The position numbers and the translations under genes are program-made. The notes under the pieces are model-generated. The model did not search any database and was not told the origin of the DNA. It saw only the letters and a program-made list of their open reading frames with translations. From an uncultured Alphaproteobacteria bacterium (GTDB taxonomy: Bacteria > Pseudomonadota > Alphaproteobacteria > Rs-D84), in assembly GCA_949156565.1 (NCBI GenBank), contig CASCZI010000001.1, positions 118,856-182,855 on the forward strand: a stretch of DNA of 64,000 nt, written 5' to 3'. Within the stretch, counting starts at the first letter, position 1; each line of letters begins with the position of its first letter. Positions 11,146 through 21,604 of this stretch are shown piece by piece.

Positions 11146-11883
11146 TTAATTTGCGCCCCCGATGTTTAAATGCTGTTGATTGCCATCGCGTTCAAATACA
11201 ACCCCATCATCAAGAGATATGGCCCGCACCGTATATCCATCCAATGTTTTTCCCACAGAAATACGCCGCTGTTGCCCGTTATTTAAATCTTCGATTGTGG
11301 CGGCCAATTGGTTGCCGGCCCCAATGACATTTACCAAACGCCACCGCGTGGCAATGGAATCAATGGCATCAGAATCATCGTTTTGGGCCACAGATGTCGT
11401 GACCGGCATTGGGGCCGGTGCATTTGCCATGGCCGATACTTCGCGGGCCAGACGTTCTTTTTCCGCACCTAAACGGGCGGCTTCGGCCTCTAACTTGGCT
11501 TTTTGAACCTCGAATTCTTGTTGCTGTTGTTCGGCACGGCCGGACAAAGTGTCTAATTCCATTTGTAATTTAATTTTTTCTGCCGCCAGGCGATTTAATT
11601 CCAAATCCAATTGGGCCCGTTCTTTTTCCAATTGCATGACCACTTTTTCTTGTTCAAGTGTGGTGATTTGATCGAACAACGACCCATCCACGTCATAGGA
11701 TGCAATGGCGTCGGCCGCAACTTGTTCCATGATATCATCTTCGGTTGTGACCATATCTGGGACGGAATCAACATCGATGGTTTCAACCATATCAATGTCG
11801 ACATCCGCCATGGCCGGTATGACCGGTAAAAACATTGCCATACACACCATCACCCACATCAGATTACGGATTTTATTTCGCAT
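11146..11883 (-). CDS. Periplasmic coiled-coil protein, PilP/GspC-like candidate
   Basis: N-terminal signal/TM segment, an acidic stretch, a long coiled coil (LEQEKVVMQLEKERAQLDLELNRL...), and a C-terminal beta-rich domain. Confidence 0.35.
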   Translation of the reverse strand: MRNKIRNLMWVMVCMAMFLPVIPAMADVDIDMVETIDVDSVPDMVTTEDDIMEQVAADAIASYDVDGSLFDQITTLEQEKVVMQLEKERAQLDLELNRLAAEKIKLQMELDTLSGRAEQQQQEFEVQKAKLEAEAARLGAEKERLAREVSAMANAPAPMPVTTSVAQNDDSDAIDSIATRWRLVNVIGAGNQLAATIEDLNNGQQRRISVGKTLDGYTVRAISLDDGVVFERDGNQQHLNIGGAN

Positions 11884-13174
11884 AGATTATCACCTCATAG
11901 TTCCAGGTTCTGTTGCCGGCATTCCAAACGCATCGCGTCATATAGACACCGGAAAATTCATCAAAGATACGCATAAACGCCATGGGCGTCAATTTTGATG
12001 ATGCCGCAATTTCAACAACCGATAAATGCGCGGTGTCGACCCCATTACTTAACGTATCGATTACAATGTTGGTATCGACCGGGGTTGCGATCTGTTGAAA
12101 GGCGGTGGTTACATCACGCACAATGGTATCGGCATCGCGTTCATCCAATGATGCGCCGGTCCCCAATTGGGGTAACCGCGCCCGCACCGATATCGCCGAA
12201 TCCGAATTTTCAACCACATACGCCCCGGGCATTAAATCACCCGCCACCGCATAAAATTCACCCAATGTGCCAAACGTGCGCGTGAACATGACCGATGCGT
12301 ATTCTTCGCCACATTCAACCGATGTCTGGGTCCATCCCAAAACCGGTTGCATTAAAAATCCCATCGCGTTAAAGCATACCTGGGCCCGGGCCATGGGATC
12401 GGGTAAATGATCATACGGCATAACCAATGGTGGTGGGGGCGTTGGTTTTTGAATATCAAATTGAACATCTAATTCTTGGTTTTTTTGTTCAATCTGACGC
12501 TTGTACTCGGCGGCCAGTTCGGGATTGATCGTCGAAACCTGGGGACGGGGGGATACCATTTCCGCAATCGGCACCCGAAAAAAGTAAAGCAATACATAAA
12601 TAAATCCCCCAATCAGCGCCGCCGACAAAATATTGGCGCGCACACGACTGATCATATGCAAAATGCCCCGATTGCGACCGGCCATAATATCGTCAATACG
12701 ACGTTCCACCGCGCGTGGCATGGCCCATGATTCTGGGGCAAAGAATGCACCCCAATCAGGAATCTGGGCCAATTCAACATAACGATCGCGCGCCACAGCT
12801 TCGTCATTAAATAATTTATCTTCTAAAATAATGCCGTTACGAACCGCCACCAGGTAATAGCCGCCCGTCACCCGAAACACCGCCAAAAATGATGAAAATT
12901 CCCCGAATGCATCCACAACACCGGCCGCGGCCGATGCCATGCCGGCGCGGATCCCCCCCTGATGTGGGGCCAATCCAATCATTGAACGATATTCGGTATA
13001 AAGGGTATATTTCTTGTCAATACCACGTGCCAATTGACGCGCATAATTGCGTGGGGTATATCCAACACCCATCGGCTGCCACAGCAGGCCAACGGCGTAT
13101 TTGCGACGACCAATTGAAATATACTGATATGTCACACGGCATCTCTCTCTGATGTTAAATGAATTATAACACAT
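11873..13174 (-). CDS. Bitopic assembly protein, PilO(R64)/BfpC/GspL-like candidate
   Basis: About 430 aa with a single central TM helix (ILSAALIGGFIYVLLYFF). Position and size match pilO in the R64 pilO-P-Q-R order. Start uncertain: the ORF-track start is TTG. Confidence 0.35.
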   Translation of the reverse strand: MCYNSFNIRERCRVTYQYISIGRRKYAVGLLWQPMGVGYTPRNYARQLARGIDKKYTLYTEYRSMIGLAPHQGGIRAGMASAAAGVVDAFGEFSSFLAVFRVTGGYYLVAVRNGIILEDKLFNDEAVARDRYVELAQIPDWGAFFAPESWAMPRAVERRIDDIMAGRNRGILHMISRVRANILSAALIGGFIYVLLYFFRVPIAEMVSPRPQVSTINPELAAEYKRQIEQKNQELDVQFDIQKPTPPPPLVMPYDHLPDPMARAQVCFNAMGFLMQPVLGWTQTSVECGEEYASVMFTRTFGTLGEFYAVAGDLMPGAYVVENSDSAISVRARLPQLGTGASLDERDADTIVRDVTTAFQQIATPVDTNIVIDTLSNGVDTAHLSVVEIAASSKLTPMAFMRIFDEFSGVYMTRCVWNAGNRTWNYEVIIYAK

Positions 13175-13313
13175 TTTGATCGTGAAACGCAAACACAGAA
13201 TATTGTCCCCATCGATTAAAACGTAAATTTAAAACAGGTGGGCCATTGATGCCTGATCTTTGGGAAATCAAGGATTTATAAAAATTCAGGAATCCGATGG
13301 ATTCCTGAGATAA

Positions 13314-13811
13314 TTATTGATGACATGCCGACGGGTTACCGTACATGTCCCGGCATCCGGGGGCGGGGGTTGTGGGTGTGCCATATTGAACCGGAATCAA
13401 CACCGGATATGTCCCCGCCCCATAGGGTTGATATTGATATGCGTTAACCGACATCGACGCGTCGCGCGCCGTTTGAATCCGACGGGGATTGGGACAATTG
13501 TAAACATTTGCCGCCAAAACAAATGACCGTTCGGGCCCAAAGACAACCCATTCATTGGGACGGGTCCGTTGACTGGTAATCAAATAGGCGTTGCCAGGTC
13601 GGGCCTGATCTGCGATACGATTTTCCAGATACCGACGTGCATCTTCGGCATCATAGACGGAAACATCTGCCTCTAACTTATATAAAAACGTACAATCGGC
13701 CGGTTCTTCGTCTAATTGGACCAAATACTCACTGCCATTCTGATTTTTGATGTATCCGCCACATGACGTCAAAACCAAACACAACATGACGGGGTATAAA
13801 TATTTTCTCAT
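13314..13811 (-). CDS. Lipoprotein (lipobox LTSC)
   Basis: Signal peptide MRKYLYPVMLCLVLTSCGG with lipobox Cys. Immediately downstream of lpxC. Confidence 0.55.
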   Translation of the reverse strand: MRKYLYPVMLCLVLTSCGGYIKNQNGSEYLVQLDEEPADCTFLYKLEADVSVYDAEDARRYLENRIADQARPGNAYLITSQRTRPNEWVVFGPERSFVLAANVYNCPNPRRIQTARDASMSVNAYQYQPYGAGTYPVLIPVQYGTPTTPAPGCRDMYGNPSACHQ

Positions 13812-14771
13812 CTATGCGCCTTTTGTTTCCTTGGGTTCAATTATATCATAATTTGCCGGATCACTAAACAGTTTTTTTAACACCAAATTATTTAACGCAT
13901 GACTGCCCTTGTATGAATCCAAGACACCACACAAAAATCCGCCGGCCGTGGCCATATCACCAATGGCATCGATGATTTTATGCCGCACAAATTCGTCCGC
14001 CCATGTTAATGGATTCAATGTCCCATCACCGGCATCATTTAATGCAATAACATTATCACTGTTTGCGCCACGACCCATACCATGACGTTTTAAATATTCC
14101 CATTCCGAATATTTTCCAAATGTCCGGGCACGGGCAATATTGTGTAAAAAGTTATCGCGGGAACGCGTTGTGCCATCAAACGTGTATTCAAAAGATTGGT
14201 GACCAATAATCTTTTCAGGATATACCAATGTTGCCCGAACGGTTAATGCATGATCGGTGCCCGGGGATAATTTGACATATCCATCCATACGACGGCCCGT
14301 GATCATGTTCATTAATCTTAATTTAATGCGCGTGACCCATCCCAATGAACGTATCACCGATCGCGCATGCACAATCACCGGCCGACGTACCACAATCCGG
14401 CGCATCGATGCAAAATCTGGGTCGGGGGATGCCGCCAAAATCTTCCGATAAAAGATATCTGCACTGCCATCGCAAATGGGGGTTTCGGGTCCATCAACAT
14501 CGATAACCGCCCGGTCGATTCCCGCCATAAATAATGCCGCCATAACATGTTCCACCGTTTGAACATGAACACCATCACAATGACCCACCGTTGTGTTGCG
14601 TAAATGCGTTGCCCCCACATGATCATAGGTGGCCGGAACTTTATCACGGCCCATATCACTGCGTCGAAAGAAAATTCCGGGTTGGGCCGATGGCCGAATG
14701 GTCATGGTAACCGGTGCCCCCGAATGAATACCATGTCCCTTGATCTTAATCACATGCGTTGGTGTTGCCAC
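13812..14771 (-). CDS. lpxC: UDP-3-O-acyl-N-acetylglucosamine deacetylase
   Basis: LpxC motifs present: HVMAAL, TFGKYSEWEYL, HKIIDAIGD, GSHALNN. Confidence 0.9.
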   Translation of the reverse strand: MATPTHVIKIKGHGIHSGAPVTMTIRPSAQPGIFFRRSDMGRDKVPATYDHVGATHLRNTTVGHCDGVHVQTVEHVMAALFMAGIDRAVIDVDGPETPICDGSADIFYRKILAASPDPDFASMRRIVVRRPVIVHARSVIRSLGWVTRIKLRLMNMITGRRMDGYVKLSPGTDHALTVRATLVYPEKIIGHQSFEYTFDGTTRSRDNFLHNIARARTFGKYSEWEYLKRHGMGRGANSDNVIALNDAGDGTLNPLTWADEFVRHKIIDAIGDMATAGGFLCGVLDSYKGSHALNNLVLKKLFSDPANYDIIEPKETKGA

Positions 14772-15666
14772 TGATTTTCTCCTTTAACCAGATATAAAAA
14801 TCGTTATCAATAACGGTTTGTAATGGGGCAAATTTAATTTTTTCCCGAACCGATGGGGATAACCGCATCCAATCTTTCTCTGTCGTCACCAATGACGCGC
14901 CATGCCTCGTGGCCCAATTCATTAATTTTTCAATATCTGAATCAGTATATTGATAATGATCGGGAAATGACCGCCGATAATCCGCCCCAATGGCATCAAA
15001 AAATTTCTTGGGATATCCAATTCCGGCAAACGCCGCCAATTTGGTGCCGGGTTCAAACGGATTTATCGTCCGGTTTGTTGCATAAAAAACCTTGACCCCA
15101 TCGGGCAATTTAAACCGGGGATTGGGTTTTGATGACCCAATGACAATAACCGCATCCGCCCGCCGCAATGCCCCCATCCCTTCGCGCAGAGGCCCGGCCG
15201 GTAACATAAATCCGTTTCCAATACCAATCCGCGCATCAAAGACAATAATCGATAATGTTTTCTTAATTTTTGGGTTTTGAAACCCATCATCCATCACAAT
15301 GGGGGTATCTGATTTTTGATGATCCAATAAACGAATATTGGCCTTGCGGTTACCGGTATGTACCTGAATCCCGGCATGAGAGAGCATTAATGCCTCGTCC
15401 CCGACGGACGCGGTATGTTTGCTTTTTTTATATCCACGCATAACCACCGGCGCATTTAAAAAAGATGCAATACACCGAACAATGGGTGTTTTACCCACCC
15501 CCCCGGCCAAGATGTTGCCCACGCATATCACCGGCCGACGGGGCGTATACACGACCAGACGTCGCATCCCATAAACCATGCGCGATAATAAATAATAAAT
15601 CCACGACACCGGTACCAATAACCATGCCATTGGACCGCGCCGCATAAACCACCATGGTGTTTTCAT
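14746..15666 (-). CDS. lpxK: Tetraacyldisaccharide 4'-kinase
   Basis: P-loop ICVGNILAGGVGKTP, typical of LpxK. 306 aa. Confidence 0.85.
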   Translation of the reverse strand: MKTPWWFMRRGPMAWLLVPVSWIYYLLSRMVYGMRRLVVYTPRRPVICVGNILAGGVGKTPIVRCIASFLNAPVVMRGYKKSKHTASVGDEALMLSHAGIQVHTGNRKANIRLLDHQKSDTPIVMDDGFQNPKIKKTLSIIVFDARIGIGNGFMLPAGPLREGMGALRRADAVIVIGSSKPNPRFKLPDGVKVFYATNRTINPFEPGTKLAAFAGIGYPKKFFDAIGADYRRSFPDHYQYTDSDIEKLMNWATRHGASLVTTEKDWMRLSPSVREKIKFAPLQTVIDNDFYIWLKEKISGNTNACD

Positions 15667-15686
15667 TGTTTTATGCCCCCAATTGT

Positions 15687-16472
15687 TTATTTGCGACCGC
15701 GCGCGTGACGCCGGGATGCCCGTTCGGCCCGACGGGCCTGTTTAAATTCATGGGCATTTAAATCCTGTTCCACCGGATAAAGATCAAATTCCGCATCCAT
15801 TTCACGCAATTGTTTTACCATTAGATCTTCTAAATTCTTACGGGCCGATTCAAAATCTGTGGCATTTATTTTTGGATCGATAAAGATGGGTTCCCCCAAA
15901 CGTACCGTTATTTTAGAAAATGGCAACGCCACCAAATAACGATCCCATCGATCTTGTAACCACGCATGGGAACATGAATAACACACCGGGATGATGGGGG
16001 CACCACTCATTTTGGCAAAATACATTGCACCATCTTGGACCCGCAATGATGGGCCACCGGGTCCATCGGGTGATAAACATAATCCCCAATCCCCCCGACG
16101 CAATACCCGAACCCCTTCGCGCAGGACGGAAATCCCGCCTTCGGACGTGCTGCCATAGATTGATCGCAGGCCAAATAACCGCTGTAATTTAGCCATCATG
16201 CGACCGTCTTGGTGACGACTGGCGATGGCATAGGCCCGCATTCCCCCCACACAAATAATGGGGGATAACATCATACTGCGCCCGTGCCAAAAGACAAAAA
16301 TCGCCGGTTTTTTGCGGTATTTTTTAAAGATTTCATACCCTTGGATCTTTTTAAAACACGTTAGATAAATAAACCAAATCATGACGGCCATAAAGACCGC
16401 AACCACCCACTGAATCAAGGGCAGATGCAAAATCGGTGTCCAAAATTTTTTCCACGCTTTGCGAAATGTCAT
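15687..16472 (-). CDS. DUF374 / lysophospholipid-acyltransferase-like protein associated with lipid A genes
   Basis: N-terminal TM segment. Size and position adjacent to lpxK, as is common in alphaproteobacteria. Confidence 0.5.
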   Translation of the reverse strand: MTFRKAWKKFWTPILHLPLIQWVVAVFMAVMIWFIYLTCFKKIQGYEIFKKYRKKPAIFVFWHGRSMMLSPIICVGGMRAYAIASRHQDGRMMAKLQRLFGLRSIYGSTSEGGISVLREGVRVLRRGDWGLCLSPDGPGGPSLRVQDGAMYFAKMSGAPIIPVCYSCSHAWLQDRWDRYLVALPFSKITVRLGEPIFIDPKINATDFESARKNLEDLMVKQLREMDAEFDLYPVEQDLNAHEFKQARRAERASRRHARGRK

Positions 16473-16588
16473 TCTATATATTCCTTTCGTTTATGCCACG
16501 AATACTAGCAATTAAAAATACATATTTCAAGACTGATGGGACAAAACTTATTCGATCAAATACGAAAACAAACAAAAAACTTTATCAT

Positions 16589-16620
16589 TGACAATCATCA
16601 AAATTATAATATAATGGGCA
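16589..16620 (+). promoter_or_regulatory. Sigma70-like promoter for tRNA-fMet
   Basis: TTGACA, about 17 nt spacer, then TATAAT, upstream of the tRNA. Confidence 0.5.
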
Positions 16621-16628
16621 CACATTGA

Positions 16629-16705
<77 letters not shown>

Positions 16706-16719
16706 AGATTGAAAAAATT

Positions 16720-16746
16720 CCAATCCTTGTGATTGGGATTTTTTTA
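16720..16746 (+). terminator. Rho-independent terminator after tRNA-fMet
   Basis: Stem CCAATC / GATTGG followed by a T8 run. Confidence 0.6.
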
Positions 16747-16766
16747 ATCATGATTATGTGTGGTGG

Positions 16767-16796
16767 GTTTGAACCACAGAAGGAATGTGGTTCAAC
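16767..16796. repeat. tRNA-fragment-like inverted repeat (partial copy of the tRNA-fMet variable loop and T-arm)
   Basis: GAAGGaaTGTGGTTCAAcTgCA matches tRNA positions about 43-63 at 18/22. The preceding GTTTGAACCACA is its inverted copy (11-bp stem). Confidence 0.4.
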
Positions 16797-16875
16797 TGCA
16801 GATAATAGGTGGACGGCAGTACACAGGTTTGCCGCAGGCATTTATGTCGATACCCAAATTATAACATATCCTGAA

Positions 16876-17616
16876 CTAAATATCAAAATCCAAGACCAAT
16901 GGGAAATGATCTGAAACATCTGTGTCTACGACTTTAAAGTCATTAACCTTTACATCATCTGTTACAAAAATATAATCAACAACCATATCCCCTGAATCCA
17001 GACCGTCATAAAAACTGGGACCTGTTGTTTTTATATGATATCTCCCAGGCAGATTTATCAGATGTTATTCTATAATTTTAATACTGGGACTGGACGGTAA
17101 CAGATTAAAATCCCCAACGACAATCGTTGGTATTTTATCTTTTAAAACTTCGGATATTATAAATTCTGATCGGGAAACAGTTCTGTCATCACCCATGCGG
17201 CTTGCGTTCCATATGCCGTGAACATTAATTATTTTTACTTGTTTGCCATTTGATAATTCAATAACCACCACCAGAATACTGCGGGCCCAATCTTTCTCTC
17301 TAAAACGCGTTGCGTCATATTCTGTTTTATAATTGTTGTAATAGAATTCGTTTTCTGCCGCCAGAATCAATTGATTGGATAATAGTTGTGTGTCCTGTTC
17401 TACTTGGCCACCACAGTCCCGGATACAAATACCATTTTTTGTTCTACATCTGGCCATAAATAATGGTGCAAAGAACGAATACGGCATACGATGAACAAAG
17501 TAATCTGATATCTCTTTACCACTTTTGAACGGGGCAAAAAAGCCATCTGCATGCGGCATCATACTTTCTTGCAATGCAATCATATCAGGGTTCAGATGGT
17601 TTAATAACTCTATCAC
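16876..17616 (-). pseudogene. Endonuclease/exonuclease/phosphatase (EEP) family gene, frameshifted
   Basis: The 183-aa ORF carries the N-terminal LQE and VGDFN motifs. The C-terminal part (DYIFVTDD...VSDHFPLVLDFDI*) continues in a different frame after the stop at 17065. Confidence 0.5.
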
Positions 17617-17670
17617 CCCTGCTGTATTATCTTTCTTTATCGATATATTAAAACTTATCAGTCGCTTTAC

Positions 17671-18351
17671 TTAATCTTTATACTCGCTTTCCAACTTGGT
17701 ATAGGTCAGATGGTCCATCCACGTTCCATCCGGCATTAAATGCGAATCCCGAACACACCCATCCAGGTGGTATCCGGCATTTTCTATTGATTTTTTACTG
17801 TGCAGATTTCCCGCCATGCATTGCCGCGTCACACGATGAACCTTTAACTGTTCAAAGGAAATTTGTTCCAAGGTATTATGTACTTCTTGACTAAATCCAT
17901 GTCCCCAGGCCGACTTTACAAACCACACGGCTGCAAATTGTATCGTCTTGCTTTGCGGCCAATAATGAATCCGTTGATATCCAACCAAATTATTATTATG
18001 AAAAATATACCACACCACGCCATTATCGGCGGCCATTTTGTCATCATTTTTCATGATTTCCAGAACATCATCCACAGATTCCGGCAACGGTTTATCATAT
18101 TTTGGCGAATAGTTTATAAATGCAAAATCCCCACGGTTTTCAGCCTTTAACGTATTCCATATCAATTCTGCGTTTTCCGCACTTGGCTCCAAGAGACGCA
18201 GTTCCAGCCTGAGTGTTTTTAGATTTTTCTTAAATAAATCAAAAAATTTTTCCATACGTCGTGTATCCCTGGGGTTAATCGGTATAATTTTATACTCTTT
18301 TTTGACGAATTTCAATAATTTCCCCGCCAATGGCGGGGGATTAATTTTCAT
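17671..18351 (-). CDS. GNAT family N-acetyltransferase (RimJ/RimL-like)
   Basis: Acetyltransferase fold motifs present (VGYQRI...QFAAVWF...WGHGF). 226 aa. Confidence 0.7.
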   Translation of the reverse strand: MKINPPPLAGKLLKFVKKEYKIIPINPRDTRRMEKFFDLFKKNLKTLRLELRLLEPSAENAELIWNTLKAENRGDFAFINYSPKYDKPLPESVDDVLEIMKNDDKMAADNGVVWYIFHNNNLVGYQRIHYWPQSKTIQFAAVWFVKSAWGHGFSQEVHNTLEQISFEQLKVHRVTRQCMAGNLHSKKSIENAGYHLDGCVRDSHLMPDGTWMDHLTYTKLESEYKD

Positions 18352-18989
18352 AAACAGATGATTCTATTGAGCTTATAACCAGTGTATATGCCGCATGTTT
18401 GGGAATACGTTGTGAATCCCATTCGCGTCTGATATCCATTTCCCATTTGACGGGTGCAAACGGGGAGTTAAAGAAATCACTATACAGATGACCCCGCTGA
18501 CTTTCGGATAAAAATCTTATTGTATGGTCAACGGCCCCCGCTTTTTAGGCGGGAATATTTGTTTAAAGTGCCATATTCTAGCACCCTGTATAGCGAAGTT
18601 CTTTACGCTTCGGCATCCTTTTTGGATACAATATAAAAATGACTAAGGTCAAGTTTCCAAATCCAATAACATTAATGTATCATTCCGCAATCCCACGTTG
18701 TATTTATTATTTGCGTCATATATAATTTATTAAAATGAATGCGATTAACGGTGTTAAAAGTAAACAAGATTTTGATAAAATGACCATACCCTTGTGCGCG
18801 GTCATTTAGTATCCATGGTTGCAACAAAAACTTATCTTGCCCGGTACCCCGATCCCGTGTCCGTCATTTACAAATTCTTAATGCCCCACTTACAATTATT
18901 TTTGGGCCCATACAGCGAAATGATATAGCTCTGGATTTTTATTACCATGTCACGTATCATGTAAATTGTACACCCATAGGAGAATCATT

Positions 18990-19334
18990 GTGAAAAAATA
19001 TTTTATGCTTTTATCCCTTTTATCCGCCACGGCATGCACATTACATTGTTCCGATATCACTGGACAATGGGTTATGCCGATACCAGGCATGGAAAATAGC
19101 GTCCAAGGAATTGATTTAAGACCCCGGGGTGTGGCCCAATCGATTAATATGGCAACATTAAAATACGATACATGGTATCAAGAATCATGTGATAAAATAT
19201 CCATCCATGGGATCAGCATTGGAAACGGTCAAACAATTGAATTTACGGAAACATATCTGGTATCTATGCCCAATAAAAATACATTAAATTTAACCCAAGA
19301 TAATGGTTATACACAAACATATACCAGAAAATAG
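18990..19334 (+). CDS. Small lipoprotein (lipocalin/META-like candidate)
   Basis: GTG start after an AGGAGA RBS. Signal peptide MKKYFMLLSLLSATAC with lipobox. GQW motif after the Cys. Confidence 0.45.
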   Translation: MKKYFMLLSLLSATACTLHCSDITGQWVMPIPGMENSVQGIDLRPRGVAQSINMATLKYDTWYQESCDKISIHGISIGNGQTIEFTETYLVSMPNKNTLNLTQDNGYTQTYTRK

Positions 19335-19385
19335 TCTGGTGACTTTTTCCTTGTCAATGGGGGATAAAACCATACAATATCCCCC

Positions 19386-20978
19386 ATGCAGATCAAAAAT
19401 CTATCTTTATCATTTGGAACGACGGTTATTTATGACAATGCCGAATTTAACCTGGGGGGGCGTGATAAATGTGGCATTGTTGGGGTAAATGGGGCGGGAA
19501 AATCCACGCTGTTGCGGGTTTTGATGGGGGACGTCATTCCCGATTCTGGCGATATTGATACAAATGGGGCAGATTTCGGTTATTTACCCCAAACAATCGA
19601 ATACACCCATTGTGATATGACAGTATGGGATTTCTTGATATCTGGCCGACCCATTGATATTTTGGAATCTGAATTGGCGGCGGCCTATGACCGGTTGGTG
19701 GATAATCCCGATGATGCCGCCATCGCGGCCGATATTTCGCGAATCCAAGAACGATTGGATCATTATGATGTCTATAATGCCGATAATACTTTGTTGACAT
19801 TAATTGATCAAATGCGAATTGATCCGGCATGGTTGAATATGCGTTTGCGCGATTTATCCGGCGGACAAAAATCACGGGTGGCGTTTGCGCGCCTGCTCTA
19901 TTCCATGCCGGGCGTTATGTTATTAGATGAACCAACAAATCATTTAGATCATGAAACCCGTGAATTTGTGACACAATATTTAAAAAAATACCGCGGTATG
20001 GTTATGATCATCAGTCACGATACCGTCTTTTTAAATGCGGTGGTTAACAAAATCTTATATATCGACAAGCTCACCCACAAAATAATGACATTTGATGGCG
20101 ATTACGATACCTATAAACTGAAAATGGCAGAATTGCGCCATAAGCGCGATGTTACCATTTCCGCCCAAGAACGTCAGATAACACATCTGAAAAATTTTGT
20201 ATCACACGCCACCAATGCCAGTCCCACAAACCACGCCTTGAAACGCGCAGGAAAAACACGCGCCAAACAATTGGCCAAGATTATGGCCACACGTATGGTA
20301 CGGGATATAGAATATAAAAAATTACAAATGGATTTATCCCCCCGGCGTGCGGGGGCCCGCGTTCCCATCACGGTTGATGATTTGTGGTTTCGGTATCCGG
20401 GAAAACAGTTAATATATCGTCAATTATCATTTTATATCAATGGGGGGGAACGTTTTTTAATTTCGGGGGGAAATGGTTCAGGGAAATCAACACTCGTTAA
20501 ACTTATCTTGGGACAATTAACGCCGTATAAGGGACAAATCACCATAAACCCAAAAACCGATATTGCCTATTATGCCCAAGAATTAGAAGATTTAGATCCC
20601 CATCAAACCGTTTTAGAAAGTGTTTCTGGCACCGACACGGATTATACCGATATGCAATTACGTGCGGTGTTGGGAAACTTTTTATTTTATGACACGGATG
20701 TATTTAAACAGGTATCAAGTCTGTCACCGGGGGAACGGGCCCGTTTGGCATTGTGTCGATTATTATTACGACGGGCAAATATGTTGGTGTTGGACGAACC
20801 AACCAATCATCTGGACCCAGATACGGTTGGCATTATCGCGGATAATTTTCATGATTTTTCCGGAACAATTATTTTAATCAGTCACCACAAAGATTTTATC
20901 CGACAAATTGGCATGACACGGGTATTGTATTTACCGTCGGGACGCATTGATTATTGGGACGAAAACGACGCGGATTAA
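19386..20978 (+). CDS. ABC-F family ATPase (EttA/Uup-like translation factor)
   Basis: Two ABC cassettes with Walker A (GVNGAGKST; GGNGSGKST) and signature motifs (LSGGQKSRV; LSPGERARL). No TM domain. Confidence 0.85.
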   Translation: MQIKNLSLSFGTTVIYDNAEFNLGGRDKCGIVGVNGAGKSTLLRVLMGDVIPDSGDIDTNGADFGYLPQTIEYTHCDMTVWDFLISGRPIDILESELAAAYDRLVDNPDDAAIAADISRIQERLDHYDVYNADNTLLTLIDQMRIDPAWLNMRLRDLSGGQKSRVAFARLLYSMPGVMLLDEPTNHLDHETREFVTQYLKKYRGMVMIISHDTVFLNAVVNKILYIDKLTHKIMTFDGDYDTYKLKMAELRHKRDVTISAQERQITHLKNFVSHATNASPTNHALKRAGKTRAKQLAKIMATRMVRDIEYKKLQMDLSPRRAGARVPITVDDLWFRYPGKQLIYRQLSFYINGGERFLISGGNGSGKSTLVKLILGQLTPYKGQITINPKTDIAYYAQELEDLDPHQTVLESVSGTDTDYTDMQLRAVLGNFLFYDTDVFKQVSSLSPGERARLALCRLLLRRANMLVLDEPTNHLDPDTVGIIADNFHDFSGTIILISHHKDFIRQIGMTRVLYLPSGRIDYWDENDAD

Positions 20979-21604
20979 TTATCCGCCATACACCGTTTTA
21001 ATCGGGTGCCGTCATCGTGGGCATCAATATCTTTGTTCTTGATTTCTTCGTTGGCACGTATGCGGCGACGCATTAAAATTAATTCTGGATGATCTTGTAA
21101 CCGTTTATTTAATTCATCCAATGCCGCATCAATATTTCCATTCAAAGGGACAAAGACGGGCATAACCGTTCGGGCCGCGTGATCAATGGCCGCCAAAATA
21201 TCGTCATGCATATCATCAATCACCGATAAATAGGCGCGAATATGTGAATCTTCGTGTGATAAAATGGCATCATAGGCGCATGTCCCCCGTGCATGCCGTG
21301 AATCAATTTGGACCAAAAAATCATTATACCCAATCGTTGCATCCACAGATTTTAACGCGACACAATACCCATCTTCGATCGGGGTCACATCACCCGTAAT
21401 GTCGTAATTATCAACCAACGTGGCCATTACATTTCCATGCAATAGATCCATCGGCTTTAACGGTTGAACCACCGATTTTTGCCATTGGGGGGCGGTCATG
21501 GTCACCCGAGGGGATATTTTATAGACCACACAATCATCCGCGCCATGGGCCGATATTATTATGCCCATTACCGCCCAAAACAAAAGAAACGAATACCGGA
21601 TCAC
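20975..21604 (-). CDS. Secreted protein with HExxH motif (putative small Zn-dependent peptidase, DUF922-like)
   Basis: Signal peptide. HEDSH motif. ATGA overlap with the virB4 stop implies co-transcription. Confidence 0.45.
   Translation of the reverse strand: MIRYSFLLFWAVMGIIISAHGADDCVVYKISPRVTMTAPQWQKSVVQPLKPMDLLHGNVMATLVDNYDITGDVTPIEDGYCVALKSVDATIGYNDFLVQIDSRHARGTCAYDAILSHEDSHIRAYLSVIDDMHDDILAAIDHAARTVMPVFVPLNGNIDAALDELNKRLQDHPELILMRRRIRANEEIKNKDIDAHDDGTRLKRCMADN

Noticed and set aside
16729-16914. 61-aa ORF downstream of tRNA-fMet
   Set aside because: It overlaps the tRNA terminator, the tRNA-fragment hairpin and the out-of-frame tail of the EEP pseudogene on the other strand. It has no coding signal.
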